64,000 nt of DNA from an uncultured Gemmatimonadaceae bacterium (lineage in GTDB: Bacteria > Gemmatimonadota > Gemmatimonadetes > Gemmatimonadales > Gemmatimonadaceae): NCBI GenBank assembly GCA_963790305.1, contig CAWBOC010000009.1:544001-608000 (forward strand), written 5' to 3'. Of the stretch, positions 38,909 to 48,605 are shown one piece after another. Position numbers and translations under genes: made by a program. Within the stretch, counting starts at the first letter, position 1. The number at the start of each line of letters is the position of its first letter. The notes below the pieces were generated by a model. That model worked only from the letters and a program-made list of their open reading frames with translations. It was not told the DNA's origin and searched no databases.

Positions 38909-39052
38909 CACCCAATTTCGACGTTCACCGCGGCGAATTGGCGTTGGCAGGCGGGATCGGCATCGCCTTCAGCGAATCGACCGGCTTCGTGGGGCCCCGG
39001 GGGGAGAGGAGTCAGGGGGTCCGGTCTCTGGGGAACCGTTGCTGCGGCTATC

Positions 39053-40214
39053 CTACCGAGGAACACTCCCCTCGCTCGGGGGGGTGAAGCGGAATGGGAG
39101 CGCCACGACCTGGCGAACCCGGCGGCCTTCCAGCACGGCGGGAGAGAACCGCGCTTCACTCAGGGCGACCCGGGCCGCCTGTGCGAACAGCTGATGGGTC
39201 GCATCCACCTCGAGAGTGGGCATCTCGACGAGGCCAGTCGTGTCGACGACGAATCGCACAGTCGCATTGCCCCCGACCTGAGCTCTGAGAAGCGAATCGG
39301 GGTAGACGGTCCTGATGCTCCCTGGAATGGGTGTCGCCAGGGAGTCTACCGCCTCTGGCGAGAACACCAGGTTCAGCTGAAGCAGGGTCGCGATGATCGA
39401 CGCTCGCGCGGGCTCGTCGGGCGTCCGCTGGCGCGGGCGAAAGGGCCTCGACCAGAATGGCGATCACCCCGCAGCGGTCGGCGCGCACGTTGGAGAACTC
39501 TGGAGGCGCGCCAAACCCCCCGTAGACCTCGATACCCTCGACAGAGGCGAGGTCGATGAGGTCGAGATCCAGCGGTCCCGCGCTGGCGGGCGAGCCATCA
39601 ATGAAGATCAGCGCCGGACAGCTCGCGTTTCTGATGTAGGCCATCGTGCCGAGCCCCCGGACCAACGCGACTCTCACCGTGGGGACCTGCCTCAGAAGGT
39701 CGCTCAGGCGCTTGGAGTTCGTGCGCTCGATCCGCTCGCGCGTGATAAAGTGGCCGTTCTTCCGAGTCGCGGCGCGAGACTCGAAGCCAGAGAGCCGAGC
39801 CTCGTAGACTTCGCGTCGACCCGCAACCACTACGGGCGCCAGGACTTCCGGCGCGGCCACCATCGTGATCATCACCTGCCGGGCGCCCGAAGCGCTCAAC
39901 TGCAGATAGAGCGTCGTCGGAAGGAAGCCAAGGCGACGGACGTGAATCTGAAGCCGACCGGCCTCGACGTTGAGCAGACGAAAATGGCCCGCGCTGTCGG
40001 TTGTGGTCTGGTGAAACGTTCCTGCGATGTCGACCTGTGCACCGGCGATCGGTCCGCCCACGGAGTCCACGACCATCCCGACCACGGGGGCGCGCGCGGG
40101 CTGCGCCCGACCCTCGTGGGCGCTCAGCGCGATACCGAAGAACATTGCGATCACCGGGGCGACCCACGGGCGTGGACCGCCGAACGCTGCACCACCCCAC
40201 CGACGGGAGCGCAT
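39053..40214 (-). CDS. Carboxypeptidase-regulatory-like + plug + TonB C-terminal fusion protein (copy 1), one-base frameshift at ~39456
   Basis: Collinear with the intact paralog 54212-55411; removing one T restores CGVIAIWSR and joins to YPDSL...RFVVDTTGLVE...FSPAVLEGRRVRQVVALPFRF. Confidence 0.8.
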
Positions 40215-40285
40215 ACCGCCTCCTCGTGCCGTCACCTAATTCATCGTCGGCGCTCTCGCCCTGTCAAGTCGCCGGCGGCAAATCG

Positions 40286-42121
40286 TCACGGTGGCAACCC
40301 CAGCGACTGCAGCCACGGCGCCAAGCCGGGGAATCCCGGTGCCAGTTGGCGAAGGCGAAGCGCCTCCGCCCGCGCGTTCTGCACGTCGCCCGCCAGGCCA
40401 TAGGCGAGCGACAGCTGATAGAGAACTTCCGGCTGGTTCGGTTGGGCCACCAAGGACTGCCGCAGCAGTGCAATCCCGCTCGCCAGATCTCGACGCCGAA
40501 GCGCGATCGCCGCGAGGGCGTTAGCCGAGTAGGGGGTCGGCTGTAGCGCCATGGCCCTCCGAAGGATGGGCTCCGCCTCGTTCTCTTTTCCGCTCGCGAG
40601 CAGCGCGCGCCCCAGCAAACGAAGTGGCTCTTCGAAAAATGGTGCGTCGCGAACAAGACCGCGGTACTCGGCGGCCGCGAGGTCGTGTTGCCCCAGGCGT
40701 TCGTACTCGGAAGCGAGCCGAACCTTGGCGACCTCCCAGGTGGCCCCGCCCGAGACGGCGAAGGCGAGGCTGTCGAACAGGTCGGTCGGCCGGTACGTGC
40801 GGCGATAGTCGTTGCGCCGCGTGGGGGGCACGAATGGCCATCGCGTGGTCAGCGTCTTGACCGTGTGCCTGACGATGCGCTCATCGAACGCGGTGAGCTC
40901 CATCGCGGCGAAGTACTCGTCCGGAGGGCGAAGGAGCTCGAGGCGTGCGCGACGACCGGCGAACCCGGCGTCGCGCATGCTCTCGAAGAAAACCCTCGCC
41001 ATCGCCAGGTATCCACGCCGATTCGGGTGGACGTGCTCGAGGAAGAATTCATCGCCGGCCACACCTCCGGGCGCCTCGCGGGCCGCCGCCTCCGCAATGG
41101 GGACGTAACGCGCCCCCGTCCGCTTCGCGACGCGATCCACGACGAGGTTGAACTCCGTCGGGGCGCGAAATCGAACGACGTCGAGATCGCGGGCCCGCGT
41201 GAACAGCAATCGGGCGAGGCTCGCATCTCCCATCGCCAACGCTCGGCGCGCGGTGAGGTAGGTATCCTCCGCGCGCTCGGGTCCCCGGTTCGCGCGGGCC
41301 ACCAGCGGAGGTTGATCGCGCAGGTTGCTCGCCAGGCTGCCGATGAAGACGGGCACGTCCTCGTCGCGAAAGACGCGGACGAGTCGGGTGAGATTGCCCT
41401 CGAACTGCCGAACGCCACGGCGGTAGAGCTCGCCGTCGATCGGGATGTCGCGATTGCCGGCCAGCGTCTCCATCAGGCTCGCGGGCTCGCGCTCGTTCCC
41501 GGGGGCCGGGGGGCGCTGCAACACACCGCGCAACGCGAGGACGAGCCGGGACCGCAGCATCCCGAGGTACGCTCGCTTCAGCGCCGGCGAGCCGGCAACG
41601 ACGTTCTCGGTCGAGGCAGCCCCGAGCGCACCGTAGAACTCGTTATGGCCGGCGTAAATCAGCACCGCGTCGGGGGACTGCGCCATCACCTCTCCGGCGA
41701 TGTCGGCGAGCGCATACGTATTCGTCGCCGCGATGCCGAGGTTGATCACTTCCACCGAGTCGTCAGGCAGGACATCGCGCAGCATGTCGCGGAGCGCTCG
41801 CGAGAACGTACCGTTTCGCGGGTACGGGAACCCGGCAGTGGACGATTCGCCCAGCACGAACACGCGGAACCCTCGGGCCGGCTTCTGCGTCGCAAAGGGC
41901 TCCAGCATCGGCGCCGGGGGCATGCGCTCGCGCGCGAACCATCGACGGCCGACGCCACGGTTCGCGACCACATAGTGTCCGTTGCCGAAAGGAGCGTTCA
42001 CGAACATCGGCAGCGCGCCCTCCGGCCACGCGAGACGCGCGATCCCCTCCGCCACGCCGAAAAGCAGAACGGGCGTGAGAAGTGTTATGCCGAGGAAGAC
42101 CCAATACCTGGGAGCGCGCAC
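40286..42121 (-). CDS. SGNH/GDSL hydrolase-like protein with C-terminal TPRs
   Basis: N-terminal TM; VLGESSTAG, VINLG, IYAGHNEFYG, FLEHVHPN; TPR tail. Confidence 0.85.
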   Translation of the reverse strand: MRAPRYWVFLGITLLTPVLLFGVAEGIARLAWPEGALPMFVNAPFGNGHYVVANRGVGRRWFARERMPPAPMLEPFATQKPARGFRVFVLGESSTAGFPYPRNGTFSRALRDMLRDVLPDDSVEVINLGIAATNTYALADIAGEVMAQSPDAVLIYAGHNEFYGALGAASTENVVAGSPALKRAYLGMLRSRLVLALRGVLQRPPAPGNEREPASLMETLAGNRDIPIDGELYRRGVRQFEGNLTRLVRVFRDEDVPVFIGSLASNLRDQPPLVARANRGPERAEDTYLTARRALAMGDASLARLLFTRARDLDVVRFRAPTEFNLVVDRVAKRTGARYVPIAEAAAREAPGGVAGDEFFLEHVHPNRRGYLAMARVFFESMRDAGFAGRRARLELLRPPDEYFAAMELTAFDERIVRHTVKTLTTRWPFVPPTRRNDYRRTYRPTDLFDSLAFAVSGGATWEVAKVRLASEYERLGQHDLAAAEYRGLVRDAPFFEEPLRLLGRALLASGKENEAEPILRRAMALQPTPYSANALAAIALRRRDLASGIALLRQSLVAQPNQPEVLYQLSLAYGLAGDVQNARAEALRLRQLAPGFPGLAPWLQSLGLPP

Positions 42122-42214
42122 GTGACGAGATTCGGCTGCGGAGGGATGGGGCGGCGGGAACGGCGCAACATATCACGAGGGCGCCGGCCTCCATAGTCCT
42201 CCCATGTCCCGATG

Positions 42215-42250
42215 CACCACGGGCCCCGTCGAAAGACGGGGCCCGTGGTG
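42215..42250 (-). terminator. Hairpin downstream of susD3
   Basis: caccacgggccccgtc-gaaa-gacggggcccgtggtg. Confidence 0.75.
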
Positions 42251-42272
42251 GACTACCCGAACGGGTGGAGCG

Positions 42273-43730
42273 TTAGGCCTCCGTGGTGGAGCAGGCGGAG
42301 CGCTCGAAGTTCGGGTTGTTGTCTTCCGCCTGAGGAATCGGCGAGTTGACGTCGGTCCCGTACGTGCCCGGCTTGTGGTACGTGCCGGTCGGGAAGACCG
42401 TCTCCGCGCCGCGCCCGTACTCGCGCACGAGGCGACGCAGGTCACCGAGCCGGTGGCTCGTTAGGTAGAGCCAGTACGCCCGTTCCTTGAAGAGCTGATC
42501 CACCTGCGCGGCCGTCGTCGCCGCGGGCAGAAGCGCCGGCAGGACGCGGGGCTGTTGGTTGGCGTCCACATATCCGCGCAGGCGTGCCAACCCCGTGTTG
42601 GACCGGAGGGCGTTCATGATCGTCAACGCCGTCGTATAATCGCCACCGCGAAGCGCCACCTCGGCCTGAATCAAACGTGCCTCCACGCCATCGGCGATGA
42701 TGGCGAGCGTATCACGCTTTCCGTGCTTGGACTGAATCCACTGCGCCGTGGCCCCGTCGAAACCTACCCCTGCCCCCGTCCGGCGGAGGCTGGCGACGCG
42801 AGGATCGTTGCTGGCATTGACCGCATCGCCTTCCGAGCGGAATGGCAACCCATTCGTGCCCTCGCGTTCTGGCACGCCGAAACGTCCCACGCTCGCCGTC
42901 GTCGCCCACGTGCCGTTGTTCTGGCGCGTGGTGACTTCGGAGTGCTTGAAGAAATACTGGAACGTCGTCGGAACGTCGGTTTCGCTCAGGTTCGCTCCCG
43001 CAGCCGGGATGCTGTCGAGGTTCAACAGCGCACGGGCACGAACGACGCGAGCGAGCTGCTGCTGCGCTGTCTTGGCCGCCGCGGTGCCAGCAGTGGTTGT
43101 CGCGCTTGCGTGCGCCAGCGCGGTGTCAGCCTTGGCCAGAGCGCGCAGGAAGAGCTCTCTGGTCTCCAGTGCCGATCCGTACTCGAACACGCCCGGCGAG
43201 AGCTCACGGCTGATGGGAACCGCACCGCAGTAGTTCTCCGCCATCAGGATCAGCGAGAGGGCGCCGAGGTTGAGCGCCTCCGCCCGACCGAGCGCCGTTG
43301 GTCCGAACTCCACGTACGCCTCACTTGCACGGTCGGCCGATGCACGGGCTTGCTGGATAGCGTAGTACGCATTGCGCAGCGATCCGTTGCTCTGGTACTG
43401 CTGCTGACGTTGGTCGACCTCGATGCGCGTGGGAAAGGTCTCGGTGTTGAGCAGCTCGTCCGAGATGAGTCCCGAGAGGGTGACCTGGTTCAGGTCGAGC
43501 GCGAGCCCGCTCGATTGCACGCCGCCGTTGTACGCGGTGCCAAAATCGCCGATGGCCCCGGCGAGCAGCGAGGGTAACGCCTCCGCGCCCTGTACGGACG
43601 GCGGGAGTGCGACGTCGATGTCCTCCACCTGCAGAATCCGGTCAGGGCTGCACGCCACCGCCACCAGGGCGATGAGCGCAGCCCGCATGTGCGCCGCACG
43701 GGACGTGCGCGCGAATCGTCTATGCGTCAT
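42273..43730 (-). CDS. SusD/RagB-family lipoprotein (type A, pair 3)
   Basis: Lipobox AVAC; EARLIQAE; FKERAYWLYLTSHRLGDLRR; alternative start 43772. Confidence 0.88.
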   Translation of the reverse strand: MTHRRFARTSRAAHMRAALIALVAVACSPDRILQVEDIDVALPPSVQGAEALPSLLAGAIGDFGTAYNGGVQSSGLALDLNQVTLSGLISDELLNTETFPTRIEVDQRQQQYQSNGSLRNAYYAIQQARASADRASEAYVEFGPTALGRAEALNLGALSLILMAENYCGAVPISRELSPGVFEYGSALETRELFLRALAKADTALAHASATTTAGTAAAKTAQQQLARVVRARALLNLDSIPAAGANLSETDVPTTFQYFFKHSEVTTRQNNGTWATTASVGRFGVPEREGTNGLPFRSEGDAVNASNDPRVASLRRTGAGVGFDGATAQWIQSKHGKRDTLAIIADGVEARLIQAEVALRGGDYTTALTIMNALRSNTGLARLRGYVDANQQPRVLPALLPAATTAAQVDQLFKERAYWLYLTSHRLGDLRRLVREYGRGAETVFPTGTYHKPGTYGTDVNSPIPQAEDNNPNFERSACSTTEA

Positions 43731-43771
43731 ATGAGATTGTCTCTCCGTGGGTTCAGGTCGCTGGCTGGTCA

Positions 43772-46700
43772 TCAGAACTGCACCGTCAGTCGGGTCGAGA
43801 ACGTCCGGAGCGGTGGAATCGTGAAGAAGTCCGAGTTGCTGAACAGATTCAGCGGCTGCGAGTTCACCTCGGGATCGAAGCCCGTGTAATCCGTCCAGGT
43901 GGCCAGATTGCGTCCGGCGATCGTCAGGCGAACGCCTTCGGCGCGGAAACGCGATGCGAGACTGCGCGGCGCGGTGAGTGTGACCGACACTTCACGCAGC
44001 TTGGTGAAGGTGGCGTCCTCGACGAAGCCGGCATCGGTCTGGAAGTACTGCTGGCCGAGGTGGCGCGCCTGGTCCGACAGGGGGGCCGTGCGATCGTAGG
44101 CCGCCTGGCAGTTTCCGAAGTTGCAACGGAAGCGTGCGGTGTTGTTGAACTGCTTGAAGCCGCCCTTGTGATCGAACAGGGCCGAGACCTCGAGCCAGTC
44201 GCTGAATCCGATTCGCGGCGAGATCGAGAACTCGCGAGTCGGAAGCGGGTTGCCGAGATACTCGAGACCCGCGGTGCGCGTAAACTCGCACGCGGGGCCT
44301 CCCGCAACCGTCGGTTGGCCGGGGCAGTTGACGCGGGTGATGACGCCGTCGTTGTTCAGATCCTGGAACGTGTAGCCCTCATCCCAGTAACTGCCGAGCG
44401 CGTAACCCGACACGTGGCGCTGCGGCCCAAAGACGATGGGCGGAATCGGATCGCCACTCGGGAGATTCCCGAGCGTGACGAGGCGGTTCTTGTTCGTCGA
44501 CCCGATCGCGGTGATCTCGAAGCGTGCCTTACGGAATTCGAAGACGCGAGCGTTCACGCGACCCTCGAACCCCTTGTTGGTCGACGTGCCGAGATTCGCG
44601 AACTGTACCTGCGTGAGGCCCAGTGACGGCGGCAGCGGCCGCTGCACCAGGAGGTCCTTGGTCTTTTTGTCGTAGTACGTGAACTCCAGGCCGATCCGAT
44701 CTCCGAAGAGCGCGGACTCGAAGCCGAGCTCGTACTCACGCGACAGCTCGGGGCGCAAATCGGGATTCCCCGTACCACCCACCGTGATGCCGGCGAAATC
44801 CGTCCCGCCCGTGGTGATGGTCTGCGTGTTGAAGAACGTGATCGCATCCCGGAAGTTCGGGCGCTGACCCGACTGCCCGTAGGCCGCCCGGAGCCGCAGC
44901 GAGCTCAGCGCCGAGGTTTCCGGGAAAAACGGCTCTTCACTGATGACGTATGAGAGACTGAAGGCCGGGTAGGCGATCCAGCCGAAGTTCTCCCCGAACG
45001 CGCTATTGTTGTCGGTGCGCACGGCCGCCGTTGCGAAAAGACGGTCGCGCCAGCCCACCTGCTGCTGCAGCAGGGCGCCTAACGTCTTGTTGTCGGTGTT
45101 GGCTTCACCCACACTGAAGCGCGCCGCGGTTCCCTGGAGCGAGCCCGTCCCGGCCAGCAGCTTGGCGCCGCCCGCGCGGTTGCCCTGAATGGTCTCCTGC
45201 GTGAACTGCACGCCGAGCGTCGTCGTCGAACGGACATCCTCGGTGAGGACGAAATTCGCCGTGGCGCTGCCATTGGCCGTGTAGTTCCACACATCGGTGA
45301 TGTTCGCGTTGCGCGCGCCCTCGGGAAGGGCGCCGAAGAAGACGCGGTTCGGCGGGACCGTCTGCTTGTTACGGCGATTGAAATAGTCCACGCCGGTGGT
45401 GCCGACGACGGTCAGCCAGCTGATCGCCTGCCAGTTGGCGGCGACCGATCCCAAAAAGCGCTCCACATCTTCTCGCACATCGAGCGCGAACACCTCGGCC
45501 GGCGTCTGGCCGGACAGCCATCCGCGGTTGGTCGGGTTGTCGAACGCCGACCCGAGGAGCGCACCACCGAGGACGCCGAGAACGTTGTTGTCGTTCTGCG
45601 GGAACTCGAGGCGGCTCGAGACGTAATTCGTTGCCACCTGAATCCCCAGGTCGCTCCCGACCTGACCGTTCAGGTTGGCGCGCAGCCCAACGCGCTTGAA
45701 CTTGTTCGGCTCGAGGACGCCCCAGTCGCGATCGAGGTCGCCCGACACGAAGTAGTTCGCTGCCTCACCACCTCCGGCAATGCTGAGCCCTACGCTCGTC
45801 CGCTTTCCGGTTACGAACGGGTCTGCTTGTTCGAGGGGGTTCCATCTCGCCAGCGAGTCGGGGACCGCCGTGCAGAGGTTGCGGACCTGGGCATCGATTG
45901 AGCACCCTGTGGTGCGAGTACCGTCCGAAACGAGCCGTCCGACCTGCGAGAAGTTGGCGGGGTAGGTCGTCTCGTCCTTCTGAGTGCCACCTTCGACATA
46001 CGTCGTCCACCGCGAGCCACCCGGACGGCCGCGCTTCGTGCGCACCTGGATGACACCGCTTGCCGCCGCCGTTCCGTAGAGCGCGGCCGCGGCCGGTCCC
46101 TTGAGGATCTCGATCGACTCGATGTCGTCCGGGTTGATGTCGTTGAAGCGCGACGAACCCTGCCCACCGACGCCAATGCCGCCGCCGAGATTGTTCGACT
46201 GCGTGATCTCGTTGCTCACGCGAATGCCGTCGACGATGAGCAGCGGCTCGTTGGTGAGGGACAGCGAGTTCGCGCCACGGATGCGGATGCGGCTCGCGCT
46301 ACCAGTCGTGCCGCCCGGGCTGTTGATGTAGACGCCCGGCGCCTGGGCCTCGAGCAGCTGCGCGACCGTCGTCGACGTCGCCAGCCGTTCGGGCGTTGGG
46401 AGCACCGTGTTTACCGTGTTTCCACTCTCGCGCCGCCGCTGCGACTCTCCGGTTGCCGTGACGATGACCTCATCGATAATGACGGCTGCCGGCGCGAGCT
46501 GGACGTCGAGACGGGCCGTCTGCCCGACCGCGATGCTCACCGGGCGCGAGACCGCGCCGTATCCCAGCCGCGTCACACGAACGGTGTACTCGCCGGAGCG
46601 GAGACTGCCGACGCGGTACTGGCCATCTTCCCCCGACCGCGCACCGCGATTCGTACCGACGACCGTGATGAGCGCATCCGGAACCGGCGTGCCCCCGGCC

Positions 46701-46804
46701 TCGGTGACGCGTCCTTCGAGAATTCCTGTGTCCTGTGCCAGCCCCGTGCGCGTGAGCGCGAGCAGAGCCAGCGCGACCATCCCAAGCCTACTGAACACTC
46801 GCAT
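43772..46804 (-). CDS. SusC/RagA TonB-dependent transporter (type A, pair 3)
   Basis: DINPDDIESIEILKGPAAAALYGTAAASGVIQVRTKRG; YTGFDPEV; RBS GGAGGGAG. Confidence 0.93.
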   Translation of the reverse strand: MRVFSRLGMVALALLALTRTGLAQDTGILEGRVTEAGGTPVPDALITVVGTNRGARSGEDGQYRVGSLRSGEYTVRVTRLGYGAVSRPVSIAVGQTARLDVQLAPAAVIIDEVIVTATGESQRRRESGNTVNTVLPTPERLATSTTVAQLLEAQAPGVYINSPGGTTGSASRIRIRGANSLSLTNEPLLIVDGIRVSNEITQSNNLGGGIGVGGQGSSRFNDINPDDIESIEILKGPAAAALYGTAAASGVIQVRTKRGRPGGSRWTTYVEGGTQKDETTYPANFSQVGRLVSDGTRTTGCSIDAQVRNLCTAVPDSLARWNPLEQADPFVTGKRTSVGLSIAGGGEAANYFVSGDLDRDWGVLEPNKFKRVGLRANLNGQVGSDLGIQVATNYVSSRLEFPQNDNNVLGVLGGALLGSAFDNPTNRGWLSGQTPAEVFALDVREDVERFLGSVAANWQAISWLTVVGTTGVDYFNRRNKQTVPPNRVFFGALPEGARNANITDVWNYTANGSATANFVLTEDVRSTTTLGVQFTQETIQGNRAGGAKLLAGTGSLQGTAARFSVGEANTDNKTLGALLQQQVGWRDRLFATAAVRTDNNSAFGENFGWIAYPAFSLSYVISEEPFFPETSALSSLRLRAAYGQSGQRPNFRDAITFFNTQTITTGGTDFAGITVGGTGNPDLRPELSREYELGFESALFGDRIGLEFTYYDKKTKDLLVQRPLPPSLGLTQVQFANLGTSTNKGFEGRVNARVFEFRKARFEITAIGSTNKNRLVTLGNLPSGDPIPPIVFGPQRHVSGYALGSYWDEGYTFQDLNNDGVITRVNCPGQPTVAGGPACEFTRTAGLEYLGNPLPTREFSISPRIGFSDWLEVSALFDHKGGFKQFNNTARFRCNFGNCQAAYDRTAPLSDQARHLGQQYFQTDAGFVEDATFTKLREVSVTLTAPRSLASRFRAEGVRLTIAGRNLATWTDYTGFDPEVNSQPLNLFSNSDFFTIPPLRTFSTRLTVQF

Positions 46805-47219
46805 ACTCCCTCCTCGTCCGTTAACCAACCGTGGAACATCGATGCAGCGCATCCGGTGTGTTCCTCCTCTGGCAGGGGATGACGTCAGCGGCAATTGACA
46901 GCGTCAGCGAGCTGCTGCGGCTCCGTACGCGTGAGCCAGGGCGCGGTTCGTCGCCCAGCGCGCGCGCAGCCCGTCGCGTGCACAGACCGCACACCTCTCA
47001 GGAGCCGCGATCCGGTCTGCAGCCGGTTCGAGGCAGGTCCGAAACGCGTTAGCGCCTATCACGTTAAGCTGACAGCCGTACGCGACCCATGCAAGCTCCT
47101 GGCGCGTTGCTTACAGTTGCGCGCGGTGACCGTCGTTACGGCCGCGGTGGCCGCGCCCCAACGGGCGGCGACCGTCAGCGCTGAATCCTCATCGGCACTC
47201 GTTAGGGGATCGAACAAAC

Positions 47220-47253
47220 GCACTGCGCCGCCGAAGGTCCGGCGGCGCAGTGC
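47220..47253 (-). terminator. Hairpin downstream of the DUF4397 gene
   Basis: gcactgcgccgccg / cggcggcgcagtgc, followed by TTTGTT on the minus strand. Confidence 0.7.
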
Positions 47254-47274
47254 TGGGCGCGAGCGGACGCCGCG

Positions 47275-48087
47275 TCAACTTCCTCCAGGGACGCGGTCCA
47301 CGAAGTAGACCACACCAGCACGGTTGAACGTCACAGTGTCCTGCGGAGCGCTGGTTCCGGCCACCGACGCCGGAAAGCAGTACGCGCTCAGCACGGTACC
47401 AGCCGAGTTCACGCCAGCTGCCGGGCGGGCCCCCGCCGGCGTCGCCGGCGCCACCGGTCCAGCGGCCTGTGCCACTCGCGTGGGAGCGACGGTCGTCGTA
47501 AAGCGGCCGAGCAGCGAGCCGGCAGTGCGCGACTGATAGGCCGAGGCCGACCCCGGGGCGATGTTTGCCCCGAGAGACGCCAGGGCCGTGGAGTCGGCTC
47601 CGGCGAGGAAATCCACGTTAGGCGTTCCGGCGGGACCGCACGAGGCATTGACCGCGCGGATGGAGATGCTGCCGGCCGCCGGCGCCGCCGCGTCGTCGGT
47701 GACGACGATGAACCGGTCGGTGTTGTTCTTGGCGCTTCCCGCCAGCAGCAGGGTGTAGTTCTGATTCGCTGCAAAGGTGATGGTGGTGTCGAGCATGAAG
47801 TTCGACGTGACCACCGGGTTCCGGCTCGTCGGGAAGACGCGAATGTGCCGCGCCCGGGCTTCCGTCGGCTGATGCTCAGTCCCGGAGCGGAAGGCGAGCG
47901 ACAGCGCCAGCGCCGACCAGGGCACCTGGTCGATCATTCGAATGTCCACCGCGCCGGTGTCGGCCATCGCATTGATGAACCGAACGCCAGCGAGCGGCGG
48001 GGGGGTCGTATTGGTGATCTCGTCATCGTTGCAGGCGCCCACGGCGGCAACGGCGATGCCAACGACGAGAATACGAAAAAATCGCAT
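47275..48087 (-). CDS. DUF4397-like lipoprotein
   Basis: Lipobox VGAC; VRFINAMADTGAVD, NQNYTLLLAG, IRAVNAS. Confidence 0.75.
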   Translation of the reverse strand: MRFFRILVVGIAVAAVGACNDDEITNTTPPPLAGVRFINAMADTGAVDIRMIDQVPWSALALSLAFRSGTEHQPTEARARHIRVFPTSRNPVVTSNFMLDTTITFAANQNYTLLLAGSAKNNTDRFIVVTDDAAAPAAGSISIRAVNASCGPAGTPNVDFLAGADSTALASLGANIAPGSASAYQSRTAGSLLGRFTTTVAPTRVAQAAGPVAPATPAGARPAAGVNSAGTVLSAYCFPASVAGTSAPQDTVTFNRAGVVYFVDRVPGGS

Positions 48088-48143
48088 GGGACTGGCTCCT
48101 GAAGAGTTCATGAGGCCGTTGAATGTTGGATGTCTGCCCGGGC

Positions 48144-48605
48144 CTACTGCTCAGGCCCGGGGCCCCCATTGCCCGGGTCGCGCCCTCCGCCGCCGAGACC
48201 AAACAGGTCGCGTGACAGAATGAACGCGATGACGCTGCTCGAGATCGCACCGGCCACGACCGCCGTGCGTCCCTTGGAGATCAGACGCGCGTGCACATCG
48301 CGCACATGGTCCTCTCTCACCGACAGAGGTTCGCCCGTCCAGCGCTGCCGCTGTCCACTGAGATACTCGACGGCGCGCACGCGGATCACGAACGCGGAAT
48401 CCCGGCGCGCCACGAGCACCCCTTCGATCTCCGACGCCGCCTCCCCAATGCTGTCGGCGAGCGCCACCCGGCCGCGATCGTTGAGCGCGAGCAGGATGTT
48501 GGTCCCCGGCTCGGGCGAGGCCGCGAGAGGCCGGTTCACGTAGCAACCGGACCCCGTTAGGCACGCGAGGACGAGCACCGCGAATCGCGCCCGCGACCCG
48601 ACCAC
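48144..48605 (-). CDS. Hypothetical lipoprotein with C-terminal hydrophobic segment
   Basis: GTG overlaps the susD4 stop codon; LTGSGCY lipobox-like; C-terminal TM-like stretch. Confidence 0.65.
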   Translation of the reverse strand: MVGSRARFAVLVLACLTGSGCYVNRPLAASPEPGTNILLALNDRGRVALADSIGEAASEIEGVLVARRDSAFVIRVRAVEYLSGQRQRWTGEPLSVREDHVRDVHARLISKGRTAVVAGAISSSVIAFILSRDLFGLGGGGRDPGNGGPGPEQ

